This document shows positions 47,001 to 55,507 of a DNA stretch of 64,000 nt, piece by piece (positions within the stretch are counted from its first letter, which is position 1; every line of letters starts with the position of its first letter). Origin of the DNA: an uncultured Anaerolineae bacterium (GTDB taxonomy: Bacteria > Chloroflexota > Anaerolineae > SSC4 > Amarolineaceae); the NCBI GenBank assembly GCA_964580725.1, contig CAZOLV010000002.1, positions 24,577-88,576 on the forward strand, read 5' to 3'. The notes under the pieces were generated by a model. That model searched no databases. It was not told the DNA's origin and saw only the letters and a list, made by a program, of their open reading frames with translations. The position numbers were made by a program, and so were the translations under genes.

Positions 47001-47706
47001 CCAGCAGTTCGCCGCCCTTTGGGTTGACGTAGGTGTAGTTCATCTGTGGATCGAACGTCACAAAGCCATCGTTGATGCTAGCGAGCACGCGCTGGAGGCG
47101 GTCACGGGTGGCAACGATCTCCCGCTCTGCCTTTATGCGCTCGGTGACGTCGTGGATCGCCAGGCGCAGGAGCGGGGCGTTGTCGTCGTGGGCGGCGGTC
47201 GCTTCCAGGAGCGCGTCGAATCCGGAACCGTCAGACTTGACCAGCCGCGCTTCGCACTCCTGCCGCGCCCGCGCGTCGAAGTCGAGTTTGCGAAAGAGAT
47301 AGAACTTGTCCTGGTCTTGCGGGGCGATGAAGGAAGTGAATCGCATGCGGAGGAGGCGCGCCCGTTCGACGCCCAGCATCAGCGCGGCGGTCAGGTTGGC
47401 TTCGCGGATGGTGTTCCTGTCGTCGAGCGTGAGGTAGCCGACGGGCGCGAAATCGTACAGGTTGCTGTACTTGTCGCGCACGCTTTCCAGTTCAGCGTGG
47501 ACGCGCTGCAGTTCCTCGTTCTGCATTTCCAATTCGACCTGGTGGACCTGCAGTTCGTGGATCAGCGCCTGCATGTCGGCGCGCGATAATTTCTCCGAGA
47601 CCTTTGGCGCCTTGGAGACCCGAAAGGTCTCTTCCGCGCGCTGGCGCAGAGGGGTTGATTCTTTTTTGGGGGGCGGTGTTTTGGGTGGATTTGTTTTTGG
47701 TTTCAT
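44089..47706 (-). CDS. Cytoplasmic multi-PAS + GAF NarX/UhpB-type (HisKA_3) histidine kinase
   Basis: HELQVHQVELEMQNEEL coiled coil; six PAS/PAC repeats (DITERKRAE); GAF; IGRELHDQFGQ, LRPPMLDDLGL, QESLTNVARH, DDGVGFD, GLGGMRER. Confidence 0.93.
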   Translation of the reverse strand: MKPKTNPPKTPPPKKESTPLRQRAEETFRVSKAPKVSEKLSRADMQALIHELQVHQVELEMQNEELQRVHAELESVRDKYSNLYDFAPVGYLTLDDRNTIREANLTAALMLGVERARLLRMRFTSFIAPQDQDKFYLFRKLDFDARARQECEARLVKSDGSGFDALLEATAAHDDNAPLLRLAIHDVTERIKAEREIVATRDRLQRVLASINDGFVTFDPQMNYTYVNPKGGELLGRKPENLVGKNYWVEFPEAKGTPFANAYVRALETQETLVIEDYYAPWDRWFENRIYPSKDGLSIFFTEITERKRAEEAIQRNRQQLQAILDHSPSIVFMKDLEGRYLLFNRKWEELFNREGRDLTGKTDFEIFPAELARELRANDRKVVEGRIPITFEESARLDDGVLHTYVSVKFPLFDLNGAPYALCGISTDITARKQAEEQLRESQRQLVAIIGNLPGVVYRARNDRDWTTEFVSEGILPLTGYPVSDFMEHRREFGDRIHADDRKRVWDEIQSALGARRSYELTYRIAAAGGAEKWVWERGGGVYDPHGTLLALEGFVTDITERKRAEQELRFTRDLFLTTFHASPLASVLATLTERRIVDVNTAWEEMFGYARAESLGKQAADFDFWADPSKCQQAYAALLQAGRLRDFEFEFKNKSGEKGYALFNTEIIEQRGEKYLLSQMMNITERKRAEDALRESEEKFSTLFEKAPYSIVLSSLPDGVIVHVNEAFEQALGFSRQEAIGKTSLELAFNPDAEVRARALAELKERGFVHNLELTLRTKSGQARLFSINIDLVTIGGEKYILNTSLDITERKRAEEEIHRRAEQQAALYVLGRRVASSLSVEGVMEAVLEEILRVVTPDLAMFFMRQGKDMFLRGSHAPADGLRHDETPVHRVSECLCGLAAKEAQAIYSTDIHTDLRCTWMECKRAGVTSFAALPLRTENEVLGVIGLASKDKRDFRAIAAFLETLADQAALGLKNARLLEETRLNNDRLAELSRRLVETRESEARAIGRELHDQFGQILTAMKITLDLAGQLPADAAAAKIGQAQTFAADLLDRVSRLSLQLRPPMLDDLGLIPALTWQVNRFQEETGVAVEFEHRGVEGIRFTSEIETTAYRVAQESLTNVARHSRGTRVRLEVQKRGAGMEIQIEDDGVGFDPVAALALNRGLGGMRERVQLVGGTFEIESAPGKGSRKTMRLPWKERA

Positions 47707-47911
47707 ACTGCCTCAACAAACCGCGTAAACGCTTATCCGGACTCGATGCTTTAGCGGGTTTCTCACGCTAAAATTCGTTTCTTGAATCCAATACCTTCGT
47801 CAAAATGGGGGTAAGTTGAATGTGAACTAAACGGGCTTTCGTAGTAAAGTTGTTGTTGACTAGTTGATAAGAAAACCACAGCACAAGGACTAGCGAAAGC
47901 TCATGCCTGAT

Positions 47912-47920
47912 ATTATAGCA
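47912..47920 (-). promoter_or_regulatory. Extended -10 element in the AT-rich region upstream of the kinase operon
   Basis: Minus strand TGCTATAAT. Confidence 0.45.
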
Positions 47921-48430
47921 CGTTTAGAGTGTATCGAATCATTCGTGACGGCGACGACGCATCGGCCTGACGCCGCGCCGTGCCTTCCCACGAATTGCCC
48001 TGCACGTGATAGGCGGCGAACGTCGTCGCTTGCTGCGCAGACCGCAGGTCAAGCGGCATGCCGCTGCTGAGACCCCACAACCCGCCATAGTAGCCGCTGG
48101 AGCCATCGCTGCTGTTGGTCAGCAAGACGAACATGGCCGCACCGGTGACTCCCTGGTCATTGCCCATGAAAAGCACATCTCCCCACGTGATCGGTGTCTC
48201 CCACAGCAGATCGAACAGCGAACCGAGCGCGGCCTGGGCCATCGCCACGCAGTAACCCGAAACGGGACGGAGGCGGGGCCAGGGACATTCTCCTGACTGC
48301 CAAAGGATCGTCTCGACCCCCGGCGTCTGGCGACGCCAGCGGTCTGAAGCAACTGCGGCGCGTATAACGCCGTCGTGTGGAATTGTCAAGGGGTTGGCGC
48401 GGGGAAAAGGGTGCCAGTTTCGGGGTGTCA

Positions 48431-48501
48431 GGGCGCGGGGATGATGTGCGGTCGCGGGCGAGGATTTCAACGCAAGGGCGCAGAGGGGCCAGGACGCAAG
48501 G
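48431..48501 (+). repeat. Imperfect direct repeat, copy B (copy A at 36041-36117)
   Basis: GGGCGCGGGGATGATGTGCGGTCGCGGGCGAGGATTTCAACGCAAGGGCGC...GGCCAGGACGCAAGG. Confidence 0.75.
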
Positions 48502-48564
48502 GATCGAGGAAACGGAAACCTCAGGCTCAGCCGGCGGAAACTCCCGCCCCCGATTCCCATCCTG

Positions 48565-49770
48565 TCAATCAAAAACGCCCACGCACCGGTAGGCAGTCTC
48601 GATGATTTCGGCAGCGTGCGACCAGGTAAAGCATTGTTCGGCGCGGGCGCGCAGGCGGGCGCCAAGCGCCTGGGCGGCGGGTAGATCGTCCAGCGCCTGG
48701 CCCAGCACCTGCGCCAGAGCGACAGCGTCGCCTGCCGGGGCGTAGAGACCCAATTCCTGTAAATACTCCCGCGGCACAGGCGTATCGAAGACGACGACCG
48801 GCAGGGCGCTGGCCATGTAGGTGAGCAGCTTGCCGCTGCCTTCAGTGGTCGAGAGCTTGGGCGCAACGGCGACCTGACCCAGCGCCACGTAGCGCGGCGC
48901 TTCGGCGAACGGCACCATACCGGTAAAACACACATCGTCGCCCAAACCGAAGCGTTGCGCCAGGCGCCGGTAGTGCTCGACGAAGGGAAAGCCCATGATG
49001 AGGAAGAAAGGCCGCGTGCCGCCGCGCTGTTGGAACTGCAAGAGCTGGCTCGCCGCCCGCAGCAGCAGGTCAATGCCCTGATAGGGCGCCAGCAGACCGA
49101 GGTAGACCACCAGGGGCCGGCCGGACGGTAGACCGAGCTGGGCGCGCAGGGCGGCCAATTCGGCTGGCGGCCAGGCGTGCGCCGGACGAAACTGCGCCGG
49201 ATCCACGCTGTCCGGTAGAACCGTTACACGGGCCGGGTTGACGCCAAACTGGGCAATGAGCAGGTCGTGGGCATGCTGCGAACTGGCGAGAATGGCCGCC
49301 GGCTGCTGACTGATCCAACGCTCCAGGCGGCGCCAGGCCGGCAGCAGCGGCGTCTGGGGCGAGAGAAAGCGATGATCGAGCATCTCGCCGACCAGGCTGC
49401 CTTGAAAATCGAAGACGACCGGCAAGCGGCCCGCCGGTCGCAGGCGCGTGGAAAAGAGTGCGCCGAGCAGGGCGCCTTCGTGCAGGTAGGCGTGGATGAC
49501 GTGCGGGCGCCACTGGTGCAGCGCCCGCCAGAGGGTGAGGGCCAGGAGAGCATCGAGGCCGAACTTGCGCCAGGAAGAACCGACGGGCATTTGCCGGTTA
49601 CGTGCGCCAGGCGGCCAGGCCGGACGAATGGTGGTCAAACCGGGAACTTCGTGTCCGCCAGGATAGGTGACGATGCGCACCTCATACCCGCGCGCTTGCA
49701 ACGCGCGGGCATGGCCCTGGATGCGCACATGGCAGCCGTAGTCTGCAAAGAAACCGGTGGGCGCAATCAT
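48565..49770 (-). CDS. Glycosyltransferase family 4
   Basis: MIAPTGFF...GCHVRI, VVYLGLL..YQGIDLL, KLLTYMASALPVV, FTW. Exact start uncertain. Confidence 0.88.
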   Translation of the reverse strand: MIAPTGFFADYGCHVRIQGHARALQARGYEVRIVTYPGGHEVPGLTTIRPAWPPGARNRQMPVGSSWRKFGLDALLALTLWRALHQWRPHVIHAYLHEGALLGALFSTRLRPAGRLPVVFDFQGSLVGEMLDHRFLSPQTPLLPAWRRLERWISQQPAAILASSQHAHDLLIAQFGVNPARVTVLPDSVDPAQFRPAHAWPPAELAALRAQLGLPSGRPLVVYLGLLAPYQGIDLLLRAASQLLQFQQRGGTRPFFLIMGFPFVEHYRRLAQRFGLGDDVCFTGMVPFAEAPRYVALGQVAVAPKLSTTEGSGKLLTYMASALPVVVFDTPVPREYLQELGLYAPAGDAVALAQVLGQALDDLPAAQALGARLRARAEQCFTWSHAAEIIETAYRCVGVFD

Positions 49771-49809
49771 CAGCGCCCGTATAGCGTCAGCCGTGCTGAG
49801 GCTCCACGC

Positions 49810-50511
49810 TCAGGATTCGAGCCAGAGGTCGCGCCGAAACCGCCACAGTTCGCGAAAGGCGCGCACGATGACATGCAGCCTGGCGCCCGTTGGGCTGCCG
49901 GCGGTGCGCGGCAGATGGCTGACCGGCGCCTCGACGATGCGAAAACCGGCGCGTTTGGCGCGCACCAGGAACTCGGCGCTGAACGTGGCGCCGCGCGCTT
50001 TGATCTGCGGGCCGACTGTCGTAATGACTTCACGGCGAAAGAGCTTGAACGCACAGTCAATGTCACGGGCGGTGTAGCCGAAGAGAATCGTCACCAGCGT
50101 GCTCCAACCCTTGCCGAACAGGACGCGCAAGGGCGGGTCACGCCGCGGCGCTCGATAGCCGACTACCATGTCGGCGTTGGCGATCAGAGGCAGAAGCAAG
50201 TCGAGTTCCTCTAGTTTGAACTGGCGATCCGAATCGGTGAAAAAGACCAGATCGCGCTGTGCGTGGGTGATGGCTGTGAAGACCGCCGCGCCGTAGCCGC
50301 GGTTGACTGGGTGTTCGACAGGGTGCAGTTCGGGATAGATGGTCGCCAGTTCGGCCAGGACGGCGCCGGTGCGATCCTTGCTGCCGTCGTTGGTGACGAC
50401 GATCTCGAAGTCATGACTGCGCGCACGCATGATGGCGACGACGTCGGCGATCATGCGGGGCAGGTTTTGTTCTTCGTTATAAGCGGGCATACAGACTGAA
50501 ATGCTGGACAC
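49810..50511 (-). CDS. Glycosyltransferase family 2, polyprenol-phosphate sugar synthase (DPM1-like)
   Basis: ISVCMPAYNEE, NDGSKD, NRGYGAA, FTDSDRQF, DIDCAFKLFRR. RBS AAGGAG. Confidence 0.88.
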   Translation of the reverse strand: MSSISVCMPAYNEEQNLPRMIADVVAIMRARSHDFEIVVTNDGSKDRTGAVLAELATIYPELHPVEHPVNRGYGAAVFTAITHAQRDLVFFTDSDRQFKLEELDLLLPLIANADMVVGYRAPRRDPPLRVLFGKGWSTLVTILFGYTARDIDCAFKLFRREVITTVGPQIKARGATFSAEFLVRAKRAGFRIVEAPVSHLPRTAGSPTGARLHVIVRAFRELWRFRRDLWLES

Positions 50512-50569
50512 GAAATCTACGTCTCCTTGAAAGAGAAAGGTCTAAGCGTCTTGTCGTTGCAGAGCGCCG

Positions 50570-51592
50570 TCAATCTTTGGAACGTGGCCGGCCCTCTTCG
50601 CCGCGCAGTTGGCGTCCGCCCAGGCCGAGCATGCGCATCCAGATGCTCGGCGGCTCCGGCATGGGCGTCAGGTCGGCGCTGGTGATGACTTTGCCGCGGT
50701 CGAGTTGCCATTGGCCGCGGATGGCGAGGGCGAGACTGAAGGCGTTTTCGAGTGCGGCTTGATCGGCGTGCATCACCAGACTGCGCCAGCTATCGAGATG
50801 ACGGCTGAACGCGTCGAGCCAGAGCTGCGTCTGTTGGCGGTTGCCGGCGATCAGCGCGGCCAGCTCGGCGGCGTCTTCGGCGGCCAGGCGGGTTGAGGCT
50901 TCGAACTGGGCGCCGGCCATGCGGGCGGCTTCCTGCCAGGCGCCTTCACGGGCAGCGCCCAAGAGCGCCGCCGCCATGATGGCGGGCAGCGCCTCGACGC
51001 CGGCCATGATGCCATCGTGCTCGGCCGGATCGAGGTAGAGGATGTGCGCGCCCAGGCGCTGCGCCAGATCGGACACGACCCCTGCCGCCTCGGCGGACGT
51101 GGCGGGCGTGACAGCCAGGCAGTAGGGGCGCTTGTCGAAGAGGGTCGCCGTGGCTTTGTAGAAGCTGGCATCGGCGATCGCGATGACCGGGTGGCCGCCG
51201 ACGAAATGAACATGCGACGGCAGGATTTCGGCGGCGGCCTGCAGCGCCGGCACCTTGACGCTCGCCGTGTCGGTGACGATGCAGCCGCGCTTCAGGTGGC
51301 CGGCGATGGCGGTCAGTGTGGCGGACAGGTCATGCCAGGGCATATCGAGAATGACCAGGTCGGCGTTGGCGACGGCGCGCGCCAGGTTGCGCTCGGTGCG
51401 ATCAACCGCTTTGACCTTGCGCGCCTGTTCCAGGGCCGCTTCCTCTTTGTCGTAGCCAACGATGCTCAGTTCTTGCTGGCCCGGCGTCTGTTTGAGGCCC
51501 AGACCGAGCGAGATGCCGATGATGCCCAGGCCCACGATGGCGACTTCGGGGAGCGGGCCGGATGTGGTAGTGCGTGCAGTTGGTTGGTTCAT
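50570..51592 (-). CDS. tyrA: Prephenate/arogenate dehydrogenase family protein
   Basis: IVGLGIIGISLGL, VTDTASVK, FVGGHP, EHD. Confidence 0.8.
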   Translation of the reverse strand: MNQPTARTTTSGPLPEVAIVGLGIIGISLGLGLKQTPGQQELSIVGYDKEEAALEQARKVKAVDRTERNLARAVANADLVILDMPWHDLSATLTAIAGHLKRGCIVTDTASVKVPALQAAAEILPSHVHFVGGHPVIAIADASFYKATATLFDKRPYCLAVTPATSAEAAGVVSDLAQRLGAHILYLDPAEHDGIMAGVEALPAIMAAALLGAAREGAWQEAARMAGAQFEASTRLAAEDAAELAALIAGNRQQTQLWLDAFSRHLDSWRSLVMHADQAALENAFSLALAIRGQWQLDRGKVITSADLTPMPEPPSIWMRMLGLGGRQLRGEEGRPRSKD

Positions 51593-52122
51593 GATGCGTC
51601 ATCTACTTTCTGTAAAGCCTGCAGCCAGACCTCGCGTCTGTCGTGTGGCGTGGCCAGCGGCGTTTGATGGTGGGCGATGAGCCAGACGGTCGTTTCGGAA
51701 CAGCCGGCGGCCCGCGCCTGCGCGGCGCCAAGCGCCGGGTGGTTGACGATGACGTAGAAGGGGTAGCGCCAGTTCCCCGGTGTGGTTGGCTGCGCCAGCC
51801 ATCGCAGCAGGCGCCGGCCTGGCGCGCTGAGACGCAGCAGAACGAGTGCCACGCGGTGCCAAAGGCGCAGGCGTCCCGCTTTGGCCACGTCGTGCAACAG
51901 GGCCGCGGCCAACAGGTCTGGCTCCTGCAGCCCCTGCGCTTGCAGCGCCTGTAGGACATTCAGGCTGTGCCGCTGATCGGCGGCCGGCATGGCGCAAAAG
52001 AGATGCCAGGCGGACGGCGGCAGCCAGCGGCGCGCCGCCTGTCGTTCGGCGATGGGCGGTTGGGCGCTGAGCGCGGCCCAGAACTGGCGCACGCGGTATC
52101 GAATCCTGGCAGTGTGCAGCAC
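51589..52122 (-). CDS. HD-domain phosphohydrolase
   Basis: DQRHS, AALLHDVAK, HPALGA, IAHH, D. Confidence 0.85.
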   Translation of the reverse strand: MLHTARIRYRVRQFWAALSAQPPIAERQAARRWLPPSAWHLFCAMPAADQRHSLNVLQALQAQGLQEPDLLAAALLHDVAKAGRLRLWHRVALVLLRLSAPGRRLLRWLAQPTTPGNWRYPFYVIVNHPALGAAQARAAGCSETTVWLIAHHQTPLATPHDRREVWLQALQKVDDAS

Positions 52123-52135
52123 GGTTGGTCACCGG

Positions 52136-52828
52136 TCAGAATCCCAAAATCAGCATCAAGAGCATTTCCACAGGCGGGCCGATGATGTTGGTAAAGAGAT
52201 TGCCCGGCAGCAAGATGAGCAACAGCAACAGGAACGAGCCGTACTGCATCAACTGCATCAGCGCGTTGCGCAAACCGGGCGGCAAGAGATTGGCGGCGAT
52301 GTTGAACCCGTCGAGCGGCGGAATCGGCAACAGGTTGAAAACGAACAGGAAGATGTTGATGACGACGAAATAGTAAAGAATCTCCAGAGCCATCGAGCTT
52401 CCGCCAAATGCCAGCAGGCGAATCGGCACCGCCGCCAGAATCGCCAGCATCAGGTTGGAGAGCGGGCCGACAGCGGAGACGATGATCGAACTGAGTTGGC
52501 GATTACCACGCAGCCGGTTGGGGTTGATTGGCGTCGTGGCCCAGCCAAAACCGAAGAGCAACAGCAGCGCGCCGCCCATGAGGTCAATATGCGCCAGGGG
52601 GTTGAGGGTGATGCGCCCATACTGCCGCGGCGTTGGGTCGCCCAGGCGATCGGCCGCCACGGCGTGCGCCAACTCATGGACGGGAAAGGCGATGAAGACG
52701 ATCAGCAGACGGGCGATCATCTGCATGGGAGAGGCATAGCCGGTGTAGATCATGGCAGAAACGATCAGCAGGGCAACGGCCACTGCGATCAATTTCTGCT
52801 GTGTCGTCCAGTGCGACCAGTTGACCAT
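52136..52828 (-). CDS. Site-2 protease family (peptidase M50)
   Basis: HELAH, LGDPT, GRITLNPLAHID, GPLSN, FNLLPIPPLDG. Confidence 0.92.
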   Translation of the reverse strand: MVNWSHWTTQQKLIAVAVALLIVSAMIYTGYASPMQMIARLLIVFIAFPVHELAHAVAADRLGDPTPRQYGRITLNPLAHIDLMGGALLLLFGFGWATTPINPNRLRGNRQLSSIIVSAVGPLSNLMLAILAAVPIRLLAFGGSSMALEILYYFVVINIFLFVFNLLPIPPLDGFNIAANLLPPGLRNALMQLMQYGSFLLLLLILLPGNLFTNIIGPPVEMLLMLILGF

Positions 52829-52867
52829 TGGCGGTTCCTTTCTGCCGCGACGTGTGCGCGACCTGAC

Positions 52868-53374
52868 TCAGGCGCGGGATGAGGCGCTTCGCTGCATGAA
52901 CGTGCTGGCGACGATCAATGCCGCCAGGCCGAACAGCACGACAGCCCAGAGCGGGTAGCTCAGGCCGAGAAAATTGGGCGGGTGGGCCGTCGCCTCGACG
53001 ATGCGGTCGTAGGTGACGCGGTTGCCTGTCGTTTCCAGTTCTTCGAGCTTGTAGTAGTAGGTCTTACCCACTTCGACCTGCGTATCGCTGAAGCTGTAGC
53101 GCCCGCCCAACAGTGGGTCGGGCGAACTTGGAATCAGGGCGGTGTTGACCTGGGTATAGACGCCGTCGCGCTGTTCGCTGCGAAAGACGTTGAAACCGGC
53201 GGTGTTGACTTCCGTCTCGGTTGACCATTCGATGACGATGGGTGCGGCCTGGCCGCTGCATCCGAGCAGCAGAAGGGCCAGCCACAGACTACTGAGCATC
53301 TGCGGCAGCCGTGCGCGCCGGGCCGGCGGCCGATTGGCATTGCATGACGATTGATCGAACGTCTGTGATTTCAT
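52868..53374 (-). CDS. Exported hypothetical protein with a beta-sandwich-like domain and C-terminal TM helix
   Basis: Signal/lipobox-like LLLLGC; IEWSTETEVNTAGFNVFRS...YSFSD...YYYKLE. True start may be downstream. Confidence 0.7.
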   Translation of the reverse strand: MKSQTFDQSSCNANRPPARRARLPQMLSSLWLALLLLGCSGQAAPIVIEWSTETEVNTAGFNVFRSEQRDGVYTQVNTALIPSSPDPLLGGRYSFSDTQVEVGKTYYYKLEELETTGNRVTYDRIVEATAHPPNFLGLSYPLWAVVLFGLAALIVASTFMQRSASSRA

Positions 53375-53389
53375 GTCGTTTACCCCGAT

Positions 53390-53464
53390 TGACCTCTGAC
53401 CTCTGCTCTCTGACCTCTGACCTCTGACCTCTGCTCTCTGACCTCTGCTCTCTGACCTCTGCTC
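53390..53464 (+). repeat. 7-bp tandem repeat (TGACCTC/TGCTCTC), about 10.7 units
   Basis: Directly visible between two co-oriented genes. Confidence 0.95.
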
Positions 53465-55412
53465 ACCGGCCCGAAATTTCGAAGACGCGATCCTGCGTCA
53501 GCGTCGTTTGCCAGACGATCTGTCCGGCCTCGCGGCGAGCGGCAGCCGGCGCGACCTGCCAGGCGGCGCCGGCCGGCAAGATGACGTTGACGGTCAACGG
53601 CCAGGCGCGCGCACCCGGCTGTTTGTGCACACGCAGGGTGTAGCCGCTGTTCGATGCGCCGCCGGGCGGCAGGTCGTACACGAAACGAACGGTCTGCACA
53701 CCGCCGGGCGGCAGCACGAAATAGCCGTGCATCTCTGTCAGGCCGCGCTCGGCGGTTGCGCTGCCGGTCGAGCCAGGTTCGAAGCCCTCGATGGCGCGCA
53801 CGACGACCCCTTCGGGCGCCAACAGCCGCACATAGTCGAAGTAGCAGCGATCCATCATGTCCTCGTAGGATGCGCCGTAGCGCGCCTCGTGCACGCATGC
53901 GGTGAGCGCGGCGGCGCTCGTGTGCCGGTAGACGACGGTCAGTTCGGCCTGCGCGGCGCCGTCCGGCGTCGAAGTGACGGTGTAGGCCAGGCTCTGTTCG
54001 ATGCGGGGGTTGACCTTGTTCCAGCCCAGGTTACTGTCAACCAGGGCCACAAAATCGCCAGTGCCTGGCATGAGCGCCCCCGCCCAGCCGCTCTGTGCGA
54101 ACGCGGCCTGCAGCGCCGGGTCGTCGAAACTCGCCAGCAGGTGGCGCTGGTCGAGCGATTCCTTGACGGCGAACAGGAGCGAACCAGGGCGCAGATCGCC
54201 GCTCTGCGCCTTGTCGAGCGTGGCGCGCAGCAGGTCGCCCATGAAATCCTTGCGGTGTTTCCACCAATCGCTGCCCCCGCCGCTGGTCGGAGTTACCACG
54301 TCGTCCGAATCGAGCGGCTGCGCCCAAATCGTACGCATGGCGGCGATGACGTTGCCGCCGGTCAAGGGGCGCTGATAGCCAGGCATCTGCAGCGGCTCCA
54401 GGGCGCCGACCAGCGCCTGCACGAAATCGAGGTCGAAGGCAATGACGCCATCGGTCGTCGTGTTCTTGTTCAACTGGTAAAGCCCCTGCATGACACGGGC
54501 GCTGGTGGGAAAATCGGGCGACCAGTTGGCGTCGCGCAGGGCCAGCACGTCGGCCTGCATGTATTTGGCCAGCGGCGCCGGGGCGTCGGGATGCGGCAGC
54601 GACCAGTTGTCCACGCTGTAGGCGTCCTGCAGATCGGCGCTGATGCGGCCGGCGTCGAGACGCAGCAGCCCGACGCCGCTGATGAAGCCGCCGGCGGCGC
54701 GTAGTTCATCGTTGTTCTGTGCAATCAGCAGATAGGTGCGCGGCCCGTTGGCGCCAAGCAGTTCGGGCGCCAGGGGCGCCATCTGCGCCAGGCTTTGCAG
54801 CAGCGGCAGCGCCTGGTCGAAGCGGTCGAGCAGACCCTGGGTGCGGCTCGAAAAATCCTGGCTGTTGATCTGGCTACGCGCGGCGGCCGCCTGCTCCAGG
54901 CGAGCGGCGACCGGCGCCAACTGCGGGCCTGCTGCGGCCAGGGCCGGGATGATGCGCTCGGTCAGGCTGCCGGGCGCCTGCTTGTCTTGCCAGGCATCCA
55001 ACACTGGCAGCAGGCTTGCGAAGGCCTGGCGCCCCGCTGCGCTGGTGTGAACGGTCATCTCCAGCAGCGGGCGCGCCTGCGTCGCCTCTGGCCCCACCTT
55101 TGGCAGCCAGCCAAGCGCCGGCGTGACGAAGAGGAAAGGACGCACCGTCCGCGCCAGGCCCTGGATGTCGTCGTCCAGCGCCGCCACGACCGGCTGCAGC
55201 GCCGCCAGATCGGCGGGTTCGATCTTGTTCAGGGCGTTGGGAGCGGCCAGGGCCTGCACGGCGTCGAGATTGGCCTGCAGGCGGCGCGCATATCCCCAGA
55301 TCTGAAAGCCGGTCCAGCCAAGCCAGGCAACGACGAGCATGACCAGGATCAGCGGAATCAAGCAGCCCGGACGCCGCCAGCGCGCCGCCGGTTTGGGTAT
55401 TTCTCTACTCAC
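53463..55412 (-). CDS. DUF4012 domain-containing protein
   Basis: N-terminal TM helix, helical stalk, RTYLLIAQNNDELRAAGGFI, RDANWSPDFPTSA, DGVIAFD, NLGWNKVN, KQPG. Confidence 0.85.
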   Translation of the reverse strand: MSREIPKPAARWRRPGCLIPLILVMLVVAWLGWTGFQIWGYARRLQANLDAVQALAAPNALNKIEPADLAALQPVVAALDDDIQGLARTVRPFLFVTPALGWLPKVGPEATQARPLLEMTVHTSAAGRQAFASLLPVLDAWQDKQAPGSLTERIIPALAAAGPQLAPVAARLEQAAAARSQINSQDFSSRTQGLLDRFDQALPLLQSLAQMAPLAPELLGANGPRTYLLIAQNNDELRAAGGFISGVGLLRLDAGRISADLQDAYSVDNWSLPHPDAPAPLAKYMQADVLALRDANWSPDFPTSARVMQGLYQLNKNTTTDGVIAFDLDFVQALVGALEPLQMPGYQRPLTGGNVIAAMRTIWAQPLDSDDVVTPTSGGGSDWWKHRKDFMGDLLRATLDKAQSGDLRPGSLLFAVKESLDQRHLLASFDDPALQAAFAQSGWAGALMPGTGDFVALVDSNLGWNKVNPRIEQSLAYTVTSTPDGAAQAELTVVYRHTSAAALTACVHEARYGASYEDMMDRCYFDYVRLLAPEGVVVRAIEGFEPGSTGSATAERGLTEMHGYFVLPPGGVQTVRFVYDLPPGGASNSGYTLRVHKQPGARAWPLTVNVILPAGAAWQVAPAAARREAGQIVWQTTLTQDRVFEISGR

Positions 55413-55463
55413 AAATCTATCTTTCGGTTCTGCCTTTCGGCGCCTCGCAGCAAGAGTTGGGCT

Positions 55464-55472
55464 AGTATAGCA
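55464..55472 (-). promoter_or_regulatory. Extended -10 element upstream of the DUF4012 gene
   Basis: Minus strand TGCTATACT. Confidence 0.45.
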
Positions 55473-55507
55473 CAGATTGGCGGGATTGACAGATCGAGGG
55501 GCATGGT

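Noticed and set aside
47913..48380. Possible gene remnant at the right edge of the island (AALGSLFDLLWETPITWGDVLF...)
   Set aside because: Protein-like but with no credible start, RBS or recognisable family; cannot be supported without a search.
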